Of a stretch of 64,000 nucleotides of DNA, positions 26,771 through 37,400 are shown one piece after another. A program made the position numbers and the translations under genes. Each line of letters begins with the position of its first letter. The stretch's first letter is position 1. The notes beneath the pieces were generated by a model. It saw only the letters and a list, made by a program, of their open reading frames with translations, did not search any database and was not told the DNA's origin. Source of the DNA: Ignavibacteriae bacterium HGW-Ignavibacteriae-1 (GTDB taxonomy: Bacteria > Bacteroidota > Ignavibacteria > Kapaibacteriales > UBA2268); the NCBI GenBank assembly GCA_002839825.1, contig PGYU01000002.1, positions 69,962-133,961 of the forward strand, read 5' to 3'.

Positions 26771-27500
26771 TCTCGAACAGTACGATTCCGGCGGAAACCG
26801 ATGCATTGAGTGAATTGATTCTGCCCGACATTGGGATACTAATGATTTCATCACACTTTTTGCGAACATTTTCCTTCATACCCGAGCCTTCGCTCCCTAT
26901 AATTATAACTATCGGTCGGTCGTAAATATTATCGCTATAGAGTCTTGTGGATTGCATATCTGCACCATAAATCCAAAATCCTTTGTCCTTGAGAGTTTCG
27001 ATTGCATTCACTAAATTTGTGACTTTGCAAATGTCCAAATGCTCTAATGCTCCGGCAGATGCTTTGACTGCTACGGGTGTGATAGGTGCAGAATTACGAA
27101 TCGGCATAACTATTCCCGTGACTCCTGCACATTCCGCAGAACGAGCAATTGCTCCCAAGTTGTGCGGGTCGGTAATTCCATCTAAAATTATTAGCACGGG
27201 CTTGTTGCTTCTTGCGAAGGCATTATCAGCGAGTTCGCCCAAATCAACAGTCTTTGCCATTGTTCTCAATGCGATTACACCTTGAGATTTGACGTCTCGC
27301 GGCAGAACACTATCCTCGAGATTCTTGAATTTCATTTTATCAAAAGTAATTACCGGGACTTTATTCGATTTTGCCAATTTGAAGATTGGGTTTGTGCCGT
27401 GCAATCCGTACAAAATATAAATCTTTTCGATTTCACTTCCCGAACTCAATGCTTCTGTGACGGCATTCCTACCGTAAATATAATATGCTTGTTCACTCAT
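26748..27500 (-). CDS. rlmB: SpoU/TrmH-family RNA 2'-O-methyltransferase (RlmB-like)
   Basis: 250 aa. Contains IYGRNAVTEAL, LDGITDPHNLGAIARSAECAG and SLNASVSAGIVLFE. Confidence 0.85.
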   Translation of the reverse strand: MSEQAYYIYGRNAVTEALSSGSEIEKIYILYGLHGTNPIFKLAKSNKVPVITFDKMKFKNLEDSVLPRDVKSQGVIALRTMAKTVDLGELADNAFARSNKPVLIILDGITDPHNLGAIARSAECAGVTGIVMPIRNSAPITPVAVKASAGALEHLDICKVTNLVNAIETLKDKGFWIYGADMQSTRLYSDNIYDRPIVIIIGSEGSGMKENVRKKCDEIISIPMSGRINSLNASVSAGIVLFEINRQRMA

Positions 27501-27643
27501 GATTTTGCTGTCAGTCTAATAATTTATCAATAATGCTATTTAAAAATATAATTTAATATTCTAAATCGTTAATCACATAATAATGTTGTACAAAAGTAAT
27601 TTATATTGGTGATACATTTTTATAATTGTATTGGGAGTCAGAA

Positions 27644-28486
27644 ATGAAACAGAGCTTTATTTTTTTGTTAATAGTTGTTTCGGTCACTTTACTATCATGC
27701 CTGGACGAAGGCGGAAGCGGTAGAGGCACCGAAAATTTGCAATCCGAAGATATGATGGCGTCTTCGCCGCAAATGGCAAAAATGTCAATAAATGAGGATA
27801 TGTCCGGCAATGAAAACACCGGACAGGAAATAGTCGAAACTCGAAAACTAATCAAAGATGCTCGATTGTCATTTGAAACTAAGGATATGCAAGCTACGAG
27901 AAAAAAAGTATCTGAAATATTGCTAAAATACAATGCCTATTTGGACAACGAAAATGAATTCGCGACTGAATACGAACTTTCCAATAGTATGACCATTCGC
28001 GTTCAATATGACCTATTTGAAAAATTTGTAGAAGATTTGCTTGCAAATGAAGAAAAAGTTGTCGAAAAAAGCATAAGTGTGCGAGATATTACAGCCGAGT
28101 TTATGGATGTCGAAGCCAGATTGCGAACCCAGAAGGAGCTTGAAAATCGCTATAGAGAATTATTAGCGAGGGGCAATAGCGTAACCGAATTGCTTGAAGT
28201 CGAACGCGCTTTGGCAAACGTTCGAGCCGAAATCGAATCAATGGAATCGCGGATGAAACATATGAGCAACCAAGTTGCCCTTTCGACCGTACACCTCAGA
28301 TACTTCAAAACGCTCGAATCAAAGAGTTTCAGCTTCGGCGAACAAGTACTCAAAGGCTTCGAGAACGGCTGGTTGGCTATTCAATGGTTTATAATCGGAA
28401 TAATCAATCTTTGGGCATTCCTGATTATCGGTGCAATTGTATTTTTCATCGTGTATAGAGCTGTTAGAAAGCCTAAGAAGGTGTGA
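27644..28486 (+). CDS. DUF4349-like lipoprotein with C-terminal membrane anchor
   Basis: Lipobox TLLSC, a central coiled coil (DVEARLRTQKELENRYRELL...VERALANVRAEIESMESRM) and a terminal TM helix. I prefer the ATG at 27644. Confidence 0.7.
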   Translation: MKQSFIFLLIVVSVTLLSCLDEGGSGRGTENLQSEDMMASSPQMAKMSINEDMSGNENTGQEIVETRKLIKDARLSFETKDMQATRKKVSEILLKYNAYLDNENEFATEYELSNSMTIRVQYDLFEKFVEDLLANEEKVVEKSISVRDITAEFMDVEARLRTQKELENRYRELLARGNSVTELLEVERALANVRAEIESMESRMKHMSNQVALSTVHLRYFKTLESKSFSFGEQVLKGFENGWLAIQWFIIGIINLWAFLIIGAIVFFIVYRAVRKPKKV

Positions 28487-28495
28487 GGAAAAGAT

Positions 28496-31042
28496 TTATT
28501 CCTCATTCACACTCTGTAATTGCTTTTTCTCTCTTTGATTCAAAAATATTCCAACTGCTAATAATGCTAAAATCAAAATATTTGAAATCATCGAATATGT
28601 TTTGCCCTGCTGGAATGCCGGAGATGTCAAAGTGAACTCGATTTCGTGTTCGCCCGGAGGCACAACAACCGAACGGAAGGCATAATTAGTCTTGTAAATG
28701 GGTAATTCTTTGTCGCCAATAAATGCTTTCCAGAATGGATAATATGTCTCACTAATGAAAAGTAGGTTGTTGCCTGTGGCTTTGACCTTGAATTTAATCG
28801 AACTATTACTTTGGGAAACGAATTGAGCCGTTGCACCTTCAGTTGCGGGTTCGATGTTGATTTTAGGGTCTTCCTCGAAAAAGGCGAGACGCTGCGGATT
28901 GAAATTTCCTTCCTTCATATTGCGCAAAATATCCATCGGTTTGGCGATTGCTATCGAGTCTACAAAAAATGCTCTCGGTAAAAATGCCGGATTGAAATAC
29001 ACATACCATCCGGTTTGTTGCGATTGGAAAGCAGGCTGTACTTGACCATAAGGTTGCGGTGTAATGAGATACTTGACATTGAGCAAATTCCACAAAAATG
29101 GATTTGTCACTTGATTAGTCGAGCCTTCGTCTGCCACATCGAGCAAATCTTGATAAACGCGTAATTTTGCAGGGTGATAACCGCCAACATTTTCCAATTT
29201 AAAATATGCCGGCAAATTTGGTGAAATACTTGCCATCGCAAAGTCTGCAATTCTGCTCTTTTCTGCGTCTTGCTTGATGAAATCAACAACATCTGTTGCT
29301 CGCAATGCCTCTCCGACTTGGTCATTTTCGGTAATATCGAGCGGACGGAATCCAACTCGCCATAAGTCTATGAAAAGTAATAATATAATTGAAATAAAAA
29401 ACATATTTGTTTTGAGGCGACCTTTGACAAATAAAAATGCAAGGGCTGCAAAAAGAGCGTAAATAAATCCGTTTATTAGCCAATCGCCAATCATATTTGA
29501 CCAAACAAAATCCGGCAAATCAGGAATTTGCTGCATAACGGATTTGAAAGATTGATTAGCTGTATTTGTTACTGCATCAATATAAAATGATTTCATGGCA
29601 GCGGCATAAAACAAACCAAGCACGAGGAAAGCTCCCGCAGAAATCAAAATATAATTCATGATTTTCTTGCCTTCGGGGCTATTTTCTTGTCTATATTTCA
29701 CCAAACCTGTCAATCCGTATCCTGCCATTATTGGGAATGCGAATTGCATAATTGCAAGTGCCATGCTCGGCGCTCGGAATTTGTTGAAACTCGGCACATT
29801 GTAGAAGAAGAAATCGAACAATATCGACAAATTATTTCCGAAGGATAAAAGCAACATAAAGAGGGAAATCGCCATTAACGATTGGACAAATGCGTCTTTG
29901 CGGTAAATCACAAATCCTGCGATTGCCAGAAACACTACAATGATACCCATATATGGCGCAACGTCCTCGAAAACTTTTTGTCCCCAATATGTGGGCACTT
30001 TGAACTCCTCGCCACCGGTTGCGGGACCTGAATATGGCAATTTTCCGAATCCGTAGTAATTTGGTACGAAAAAGGTAGTAATTTCCTGAGGCGAGAATGA
30101 CCACATTGTGGCATATTCGTAAGTGTTGCCTCCGTCGTCGGCTTGGGCAATACCGTCAGTTTGAGTAATTGGCGAAGCACCGCGCGTAGAATATGGAGTG
30201 TATTCTTGGATGGACAAATATCTGTCCGACGACATCAGGAACGCAAAGCCGGCTGCTACTACCAGCACCCCAATAAGTTTGACCATTCCAATCGGGTCGC
30301 GTTTGGTGATGAAACGGCTAATGAGCTCGAAAAGTACGTAAACCCCAATTGCTATACCGCTGTAAAATATCATCTGCACGTGTGTGGATTCGAATATCAA
30401 ATGGATTGAAATGACTAACAAAGTTGCGTATAAAATCGAAAATTTCTCACGCACTTTTTCCATAAGCATGAAAATATAGGGCAGCAGTGCCATCGTAATC
30501 GGTTTAGTGTTGTGCCCTATCATTATCCAATGTATGATGCCCGTCGAATATAGAGCCGCAATCGCCACAAAAAATGCAATAGCATGCATATGCTTTTTGG
30601 AGCGCATCAGCAAATACATTCCAATGCCGAAGATGACGTAGAATTGCATGACGCGGACGGAATCGTTGCCAAAGACATCGCCCATCAAGCGAGTATAGCC
30701 AAAAAAGACGGATGAGGTCACGTCCCAAAGGCGGTCGCCAGTGAGCAAAAACGATGCAAAACCCGGCATTCCGGAGAAAATATACGGCACCCAATGCGGG
30801 AAATCGCCGTTTCTGGAGGCTTCGTCCAAGTAATTCCTGAAGCTAATCGAAGCAAAGTTATCGGATGCCGCCAACTCGTGCGAAGTGATAACACCCCAAA
30901 AAAACACGAACACCGACAGCACAATCAATCCGATGAATATCAAATCGCGATACTTTTCGGGGAATAAAGTGAAAGTATCATTGCTAAGAGTAGCAACACT
31001 TTTCTTGGTAATCTTTTTTGTCATCTTTTGCCTCATCTCCAA
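28496..31042 (-). CDS. YfhO-like large polytopic membrane protein (putative glycosyl transfer/envelope)
   Basis: 848 aa. The N-terminal two thirds hold more than 12 TM helices, including the HWVPYIFSGMPGFASF motif. A soluble beta-rich C-terminus ends in a final TM helix. Confidence 0.55.
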   Translation of the reverse strand: MEMRQKMTKKITKKSVATLSNDTFTLFPEKYRDLIFIGLIVLSVFVFFWGVITSHELAASDNFASISFRNYLDEASRNGDFPHWVPYIFSGMPGFASFLLTGDRLWDVTSSVFFGYTRLMGDVFGNDSVRVMQFYVIFGIGMYLLMRSKKHMHAIAFFVAIAALYSTGIIHWIMIGHNTKPITMALLPYIFMLMEKVREKFSILYATLLVISIHLIFESTHVQMIFYSGIAIGVYVLFELISRFITKRDPIGMVKLIGVLVVAAGFAFLMSSDRYLSIQEYTPYSTRGASPITQTDGIAQADDGGNTYEYATMWSFSPQEITTFFVPNYYGFGKLPYSGPATGGEEFKVPTYWGQKVFEDVAPYMGIIVVFLAIAGFVIYRKDAFVQSLMAISLFMLLLSFGNNLSILFDFFFYNVPSFNKFRAPSMALAIMQFAFPIMAGYGLTGLVKYRQENSPEGKKIMNYILISAGAFLVLGLFYAAAMKSFYIDAVTNTANQSFKSVMQQIPDLPDFVWSNMIGDWLINGFIYALFAALAFLFVKGRLKTNMFFISIILLLFIDLWRVGFRPLDITENDQVGEALRATDVVDFIKQDAEKSRIADFAMASISPNLPAYFKLENVGGYHPAKLRVYQDLLDVADEGSTNQVTNPFLWNLLNVKYLITPQPYGQVQPAFQSQQTGWYVYFNPAFLPRAFFVDSIAIAKPMDILRNMKEGNFNPQRLAFFEEDPKINIEPATEGATAQFVSQSNSSIKFKVKATGNNLLFISETYYPFWKAFIGDKELPIYKTNYAFRSVVVPPGEHEIEFTLTSPAFQQGKTYSMISNILILALLAVGIFLNQREKKQLQSVNEE

Positions 31043-31228
31043 AATTTCATTTTCAAAAAACTATAAAACGAAACGCCACTGAGTTTAATTCAAATTTAAT
31101 AAATCATTTTGAAAGAGAAGAGGGAAAAATCGGAGAAAAATGTTTGCTTTAACTTTATAAATAATTTGGCTAGTACTAGAAAAATATTTAAGTTAGCGTA
31201 AATAAAAGCACTATATAAGGAAATCAAA

Positions 31229-32782
31229 ATGAATTCCACCCAAAAAACTACTATTATCACAGCGTTAATCGCTGTATTGGCGCTTTATTCCTATGCTCAT
31301 GCCAAGGAGCCACCTGCTGACTTGGGCTACGAACCGCCTAATGGGTGGGAGTATGTTATGAAGCTCGATTCGATGTCAGAGTTTTTTTTACATAGCCATA
31401 ATGATACTTGCTATGTTTCAGCAAAATTTATTAGTAATGCTGCTATATCTTTTTTCCATAGACTATCAACTGATGGTGGCGAAACTTGGGCGGATTTCCA
31501 AGACCTCAGTACGTGGAAATTCAAAATGAACTCAAATGTATTACATCGAACCATTAAAGAGGATAGGAAACTCTATTACGAGGTTTCTTATGATTTACTC
31601 AAAACGATAGAGAAATATGAAATGATAGGAAACGACTTCAATGAAAATGGCATATTAGAATGTCCTACAGATACAAATTTGATAATCTACAGCTACAGAC
31701 TAATCTCATGGGACTCACATCCTCATGTTGATGATCATCATCAAACAAAATTGCAAATTTCCAAAGATGCAGGTAGAAATTGGGAAATTCTTACATTGAA
31801 TACATTGAAAGGTTACACAATTACCACAATCAATTTCGACTGGGCTGATAAGGGACGTTTCTTGTATAAAATTGAAGATGGGTGGTCGTATGGATATAAT
31901 TCCGCACCAAAGCCTTCACAATACTTTGAAACATCAGATTATGGAAAAACTTCTCAAGAGATTAAATTTGACCCATCATTCATTAGCCCCTCTACAACCA
32001 AAAACCCTGTTACAATAAGAAGACTTTTGGGCGTTGACGGACCTCGAACCATACGGGAAAGTCCCCGAGTTTCAGAATTTGGTATTAGGGTTAGCCAATA
32101 TGATGACACTTTAAGGAATACGCAGATTTATGATTGGTTATATATCATGGACCCAAGCAAACCCAAAACAAATAGAGACTCTAATTATAGTCGTTATTTC
32201 TTTTACATGGAGCATTATCATTTTGATATAGCAAATTATCACAATATTGTTATACCGGTTTATGAAAACATTGGAGATGTAAATGGAGATTATAAAAGAA
32301 TCAATTCTTTTTATACGACAATGGATAATGGTGTTACATGGAATTTATTAAATGTTTTAGACACCACGCCTCATTATGTAAGTTCTAATTTAGACCAAGG
32401 TACAAAAACATTATGGATTTATGTAAAAGACATACAACCTAAGGATTGGTCGAATCCACCTCACAAAGGTTCACTCTGGAAACTTAAATTGCCATGGGGT
32501 CCGTCAAGTGTAGAGGATTTCAAAGGCGATGATGATAATATATCTATCTATCCCAATCCGGCAAGTGAATATATAGAAATTAATGCTGCTATCAACCCTA
32601 CGGTTAACCGTAGGGTTGATGAAGGTTCAGAGGTCAAAATCTACAACACTTTAGGGGAATGTGTAATAACGGTAGAGACACGGCATGCCGTGTCTCTACA
32701 AAGAATTGATGTTTCGCATTTACCTCGTGGAGTATATTACATCCGCATTGGTAAACAGACACAAATGTTTGTGAAGGTGTGA
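31229..32782 (+). CDS. Secreted BNR-repeat protein with T9SS C-terminal sorting domain
   Basis: Signal peptide. BNR-like motifs STDGGETWAD, SKDAGRNWE and TMDNGVTWN. CTD: ISIYPNPASEYIEIN...VKIYNTLGECV...IDVSHLPRGVYYIRI. Confidence 0.8.
   Translation: MNSTQKTTIITALIAVLALYSYAHAKEPPADLGYEPPNGWEYVMKLDSMSEFFLHSHNDTCYVSAKFISNAAISFFHRLSTDGGETWADFQDLSTWKFKMNSNVLHRTIKEDRKLYYEVSYDLLKTIEKYEMIGNDFNENGILECPTDTNLIIYSYRLISWDSHPHVDDHHQTKLQISKDAGRNWEILTLNTLKGYTITTINFDWADKGRFLYKIEDGWSYGYNSAPKPSQYFETSDYGKTSQEIKFDPSFISPSTTKNPVTIRRLLGVDGPRTIRESPRVSEFGIRVSQYDDTLRNTQIYDWLYIMDPSKPKTNRDSNYSRYFFYMEHYHFDIANYHNIVIPVYENIGDVNGDYKRINSFYTTMDNGVTWNLLNVLDTTPHYVSSNLDQGTKTLWIYVKDIQPKDWSNPPHKGSLWKLKLPWGPSSVEDFKGDDDNISIYPNPASEYIEINAAINPTVNRRVDEGSEVKIYNTLGECVITVETRHAVSLQRIDVSHLPRGVYYIRIGKQTQMFVKV
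32591..32620. repeat. 30-bp perfect palindrome inside the CDS (exactly 10 codons)
   Basis: ATCAACCCTACGGTTAACCGTAGGGTTGAT equals its own reverse complement. It starts on a codon boundary and encodes INPTVNRRVD. Confidence 0.95.
32672..32699. repeat. 28-bp perfect palindrome inside the CDS
   Basis: GTAGAGACACGGCATGCCGTGTCTCTAC equals its own reverse complement. It starts on a codon boundary and encodes VETRHAVSL(Q). Confidence 0.95.
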
Positions 32783-32886
32783 AAAATTAGATCACCTAAC
32801 CCACAAGATTAACAGTGTTCAGCGTTAAGCATATCTGTTCACTCCTGCTTCTTGACCAATTACCCCGATTTCGGTGTAATTAAAAT

Positions 32887-32910
32887 AAACCCCTCGAATT
32901 CGAGGGGTTT
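32887..32910. terminator. 24-bp perfect palindrome, candidate bidirectional terminator
   Basis: AAACCCCTCGAATTCGAGGGGTTT has A-rich and T-rich flanks. It lies 105 nt after the stop of the 517-aa gene. Confidence 0.45.
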
Positions 32911-32932
32911 GAATTGTGGATTGTGAATGGTC

Positions 32933-33006
32933 TCCTGTATTCCTTTTTATCCTGTTCAAATATTATTGTCTTCATCCTGTCCATCCTGTAATCTTGATAA
33001 TCCTGT
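32933..33006. repeat. Five copies of TCCTGT within 74 bp
   Basis: TCCTGT occurs at 32933, 32949, 32975, 32984 and 33001, mostly as ATCCTGT. Confidence 0.7.
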
Positions 33007-33019
33007 TCAGAATTTAATG

Positions 33020-33105
33020 TATCGTCAGTTGTTCCATAGTTAGTTTATCGTCAATTATTACAACTTAGGACTATAATTCAGATTTATCCCTATCCGTCAA
33101 TTATA
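33020..33105. repeat. Three copies of a TATC(C)GTCA(A/G)TT(A/G)T 14-mer
   Basis: TATCGTCAGTTGTT (33020), TATCGTCAATTATT (33046) and TATCCGTCAATTAT (33091). Confidence 0.65.
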
Positions 33106-33136
33106 ACAAAGACGGGACAGAAGATATGACAGATCA

Positions 33137-33222
33137 AGACTTCGGAAGTCTAATTTTCTAAAGTATATGAATATAATAAGCATCTTGAAGTTAATTATAA
33201 AGACTTCCGAAGTCTAATTTTT
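33137..33222. repeat. Two copies of a 22-nt hairpin plus T-run unit
   Basis: AGACTTCGGAAGTCTAATTTT (33137-33157) and AGACTTCCGAAGTCTAATTTTT (33201-33222). Each has a 6-bp stem AGACTT/AAGTCT. The two copies differ only at the loop centre. Confidence 0.8.
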
Positions 33223-33264
33223 AATAATACTAATCACCAAAATCACACAAATCATAGTTCAGAC

Positions 33265-34443
33265 TTACTCAAATAGCTCCAATGTCAGTTCGCCTAAGGC
33301 TTTTTCATAGATGCTTTGAAGCCTGATTAATGAGTCTTCGATTTCGTAATAATAGCCTAATTCGAAGTAGTATTCGAGCATCGAAATATTGCCGCTTTCC
33401 AAAGATTTCCCCAGCAAAGTCGCATTATTCGATGTGCTGAGGATTTCCATGTATTCGGTGATGGCATTTCGAGTCGCTATCACTTTGTCAAAGAGTCTCT
33501 TTTTGTTCAATTTCAATTCGTTTTGATAGGAATTGATTTTGAGGCTGACCAATTGCAACTCGCTTTTTGCTTTGGACACTTTGTTCATGTTTTCGAAAAT
33601 GGGGATTGACAGCCCAAAATGGATGCCCGAATATCGTGTACCTTGCTCGTTGTCCTGCCGATAGCCGAGTTCGAATCCGGGCAGCCATTGATGATTTGCA
33701 AGTTTCACTTTCGATTCCGTCAAATCATTTTCTCGTTGCAAGGATTGCAACTCACTGCTTTTGCTGTAGATTTGCTCGTATAATTCATCAAATGTCGGCA
33801 GTGATTGCTCATCATTCAAGCTTAATCCCGACAAATCTATTTGGATGCCGCCGTTTAGTTCTGTAATCCGATTTTGCACAAATTCTAATTCGGAATCGTT
33901 GATGCTTTGTGCATTGCGGAGTTTGAGCAATTCCGTGCGTGCTTTGTTGTAATCGGTAATTCCGATGTCACCGGATTCATGCCTTTTTTGGGCGATATCT
34001 ACCAAATTTTGAGCTATTTGCATGCGTTCACTAAGCCGCGATTGCATTTTATCCAAAAACACGTAGTCAATCAGAGCATCTTTAGCTTGAAGAATCATAT
34101 CTTTACGAAAAGTTTCAATTTCAAATTTGCCCAGCTCACCCCTTTTTCGAGCAATATCGCTTTTGATGAAATATGTAGTCGGGAAATCGAATTTTTGCCC
34201 CACAATAAGCTCGGTGCGGTTCAAATCAGTATCGGCGCTATTCATCATATAAGTATATGAAATACTCGGATTTGGTGGCAAATTGTTGATTCTATATTCG
34301 AAATTAAGCGTGTTTACATATTCCGTATGAGCTTTGATTTGCTTATTATTCGACAAGATTTCGCTTACGGCATCATCAATACGCTGTGCCAATGCAGCAT
34401 TTGCAGCCACAAAAAATGCGATTATAATAAATATATTTTTCAT
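33265..34443 (-). CDS. TolC-family outer-membrane efflux protein (CzcC/CusC-like)
   Basis: 392 aa with a signal peptide and two coiled-coil/beta repeats. It is the last gene of the RND operon, and its start overlaps the stop of the RND pump gene. Confidence 0.8.
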   Translation of the reverse strand: MKNIFIIIAFFVAANAALAQRIDDAVSEILSNNKQIKAHTEYVNTLNFEYRINNLPPNPSISYTYMMNSADTDLNRTELIVGQKFDFPTTYFIKSDIARKRGELGKFEIETFRKDMILQAKDALIDYVFLDKMQSRLSERMQIAQNLVDIAQKRHESGDIGITDYNKARTELLKLRNAQSINDSELEFVQNRITELNGGIQIDLSGLSLNDEQSLPTFDELYEQIYSKSSELQSLQRENDLTESKVKLANHQWLPGFELGYRQDNEQGTRYSGIHFGLSIPIFENMNKVSKAKSELQLVSLKINSYQNELKLNKKRLFDKVIATRNAITEYMEILSTSNNATLLGKSLESGNISMLEYYFELGYYYEIEDSLIRLQSIYEKALGELTLELFE

Positions 34444-37400
34444 TATCGTGCTCCAAATATTTTTTTATATCCAAATTTCTTGAAAACGGCATAAAATGCG
34501 GCAGGAATAACAATTAGGTTAAGAAAAGTGGAACTTAAAAGTCCTCCGAGTATAACTTCTGCCATCGGGCTTTGAATCTCGTTGCCGGGTTTGTCTCCGG
34601 CAATAACCAATGGAATAAGTGCTAATGCCGCCGATAGTGCGGTCATCAAAATCGGGCTAAGTCTATCTTTGGAGCCCATTATAATTGATTCTCTAATCTC
34701 ATGACCTTCGTTGAGTAGGGTTTTATATCTTGACACAAGCAAAATCCCGTTTCGAGTTGCGATACCAAATAGTGTGATAAAACCAATAATTGACGGAATA
34801 GAAATCGTTCCGGATGTAATCCAGACTGTGGCAATCCCGCCTATCAACGATAAAGGTAGATTGATAAGAATGATAGCCGCCAAAATAAAGCTGCGAAATT
34901 CTTGATAAAGTATGAAAAATACGATGATAATAGCAAGTATTGATGCTAAAAACAAAACACGCGAGGCTTGCTCTTCGACTTCAAATTGACCGCCATATTC
35001 GATATAGTAATTTTCGGGCAATGGAATTTGGTCAATTTCACTTCTGACCTCTTCAATCAAACTTTTCAAATCCCGTTCGAAAGCATTAGCTGAAATGACA
35101 ATTCTCCGTTTGACATTTTCACGGTTAATGCTGTTGACACTTTTTGAAGTAATAATTTCTGCTACATCGGAGAGTAGAACCTTTGAGCCCGAATCAGTGT
35201 CAATATAAATTGATTTAATTGCTTCGATATCATTGCGATTAGATTCGTCAATTCTGAGCACAATATCAAAAGTTCTGTCTCCTTCGATTACTTGCCCCAC
35301 TTTGCTACCTGCGATGAAATCGTTCACAAGTTTATGGAAATTGCTCATTGTGATGCCATAAGCTTGCAACTTATCTCTATCGGCTTTGATAAGCAATTGG
35401 GGAACATTTACTAATTGCTCTACACTCAGATCCACTACGCCATCTATATTAACAATTCGGCTGCGAATAACATTTGCCAAACGATATATTCTGTCTAAAT
35501 CTGTACCATAGAGTTTAATCGCAATCGAAGTCTTCGAACCCGATATTATATGATCAATTTTATGGCTAATCGGTTGCCCTATATGATAAATCACTCCATT
35601 TATTGACGAAAGTTTATTTCTGACGTCCACTAGAAATTCGTTCCGAGTTCGCTCATCAACTAAAAATGGCACTTCGATTTCGGAAATACTCGAACCGTAT
35701 GAATGTTCCGATAGTTCGGCGCGACCCGTTTTTCGGGTGACGGAAACGACTTCCGGAATTGTCATAAGCACTTCTTCCGCTTGAGCGGCAATATCTGTGG
35801 ATTGTTCGAGCGATGTCCCGGGCAAGGTTACCAAATTTATTGTCAAGGAGCCTTCATTAAAAGGTGGCAAGAAATTCCTGCCAAGATAAAAATTGCTGAT
35901 AAGAGTAATTAGGAATAAAAGCGCCGATACTGCTATAATCACTTTATATTTTGGTAAGATGAATCGTACGATTCTTTCGTAAATCCCGTTAAGAAAACGC
36001 ACTAAAGCACTACCATTAATATTTGAAGCAAGCGTTTTCGGATTAGTCAATAAATAGCTACACAACACAGGTGTAATCGTTATCGAAACAACTAATGAAG
36101 CGAAGAGTGCTACAATGAAAGATATGCCAAGAGGTTGGAGCATTCTTCCTTCCATTCCCGTTAGAAAGAAAAGCGGAATGAAAGTAACGATAATAATCAT
36201 AGTAGCATTTATAATTGATGCACGAATTTCTTTCGATGCTTCATAAACAACTTTAAGTGACTTTTGCTTCTCGTGTTCGGGCTTAACTGCATTCTCTTTC
36301 AAGCGTTTGAACACATTTTCGACATCAATAATTGCATCATCAACGAGTGAGCCGATTGCAATTGCCATTCCTCCCAAACTCATCGTATTTATAGTCTGTC
36401 CGAGTAAATGCAAAACTATAACCGAAGTAAAGAGTGATAATGGAATTGCAAGTAAAGAAATAAAAGTAGTACGAATTGACAATAGGAAAATGAATAGTAT
36501 TACTACTACAAAAATCCCGCCTTCTATAAGTGCTCTGGTCACATTCGATATCGAAATATTTATAAAATCAGCCTGATTAAAAACTTCGGTATGGAATTGA
36601 ACATTGCCCGGCAATACTGCTTTGATTTCTTCAAGCGATTCAATCACTTTTTCGGTTAATTGGATTGTATTTCCCTTGGGTTGTTTTGTCAAAGAAAATA
36701 CTACAGCCTCTTGTGTGTTATACGAAGCATCATTAATTTTTTGCAGGGCATCAATTTTGACTTCTGCAACATCGGAAATTTTGACAGGCAATCCATTCAC
36801 GCTTTTTATGAGAATATTTCCCAATTCATTAATATCATTTGTTCTGCCAATTCCACGGATTACATATTCATTGCCGTATTGGCTGAAAAAACTACCTGCT
36901 GAGTTAGTGTTCATCTCATTGCAAGCATTTTGCAATTCGTTCATACTGACATCGTAATATCTCATTTTTTCAGGGTCTGCGGCAATCAAATAATGCTTCG
37001 AATCTCCACCCATAACAGTAACGTAGGCAACGCCACCAAGAGACAGTAATCTGGGACGCACCTGCCAATCGGCATATGTCTTCAAATCCATTGCTGATAA
37101 GCTGTCTGAGGTCATTGCGAAAATCATGATTTCGCCCAGAAGTGATGTCTGCGGTGCAAGTACAGGTGTACTAACCCCCGGCGGTAGTGAGTTTAATAGA
37201 GTTGCCAGCCTTTCATTTACGGTTTGTCGTGCCCGGAAAATATCTGTGCCCCAATCAAACTCAATCCAAACAATTGAAAAGCCCAGAGTTGAATTTGAGC
37301 GTACACGTCTGACTTCAGGGGCGCCATTCATTGCCGATTCGATAATAAAAGTTACACTGCGTTCTACTTCTTCGGGCGCCATTCCATGAGCGTCAGTCAT

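Noticed and set aside
32933-33222. Possible CRISPR array in the repeat-rich spacer
   Set aside because: The repeat units are only 6-22 nt long and belong to three different kinds. Their spacing is irregular, and no cas genes are present. This is not a CRISPR architecture.
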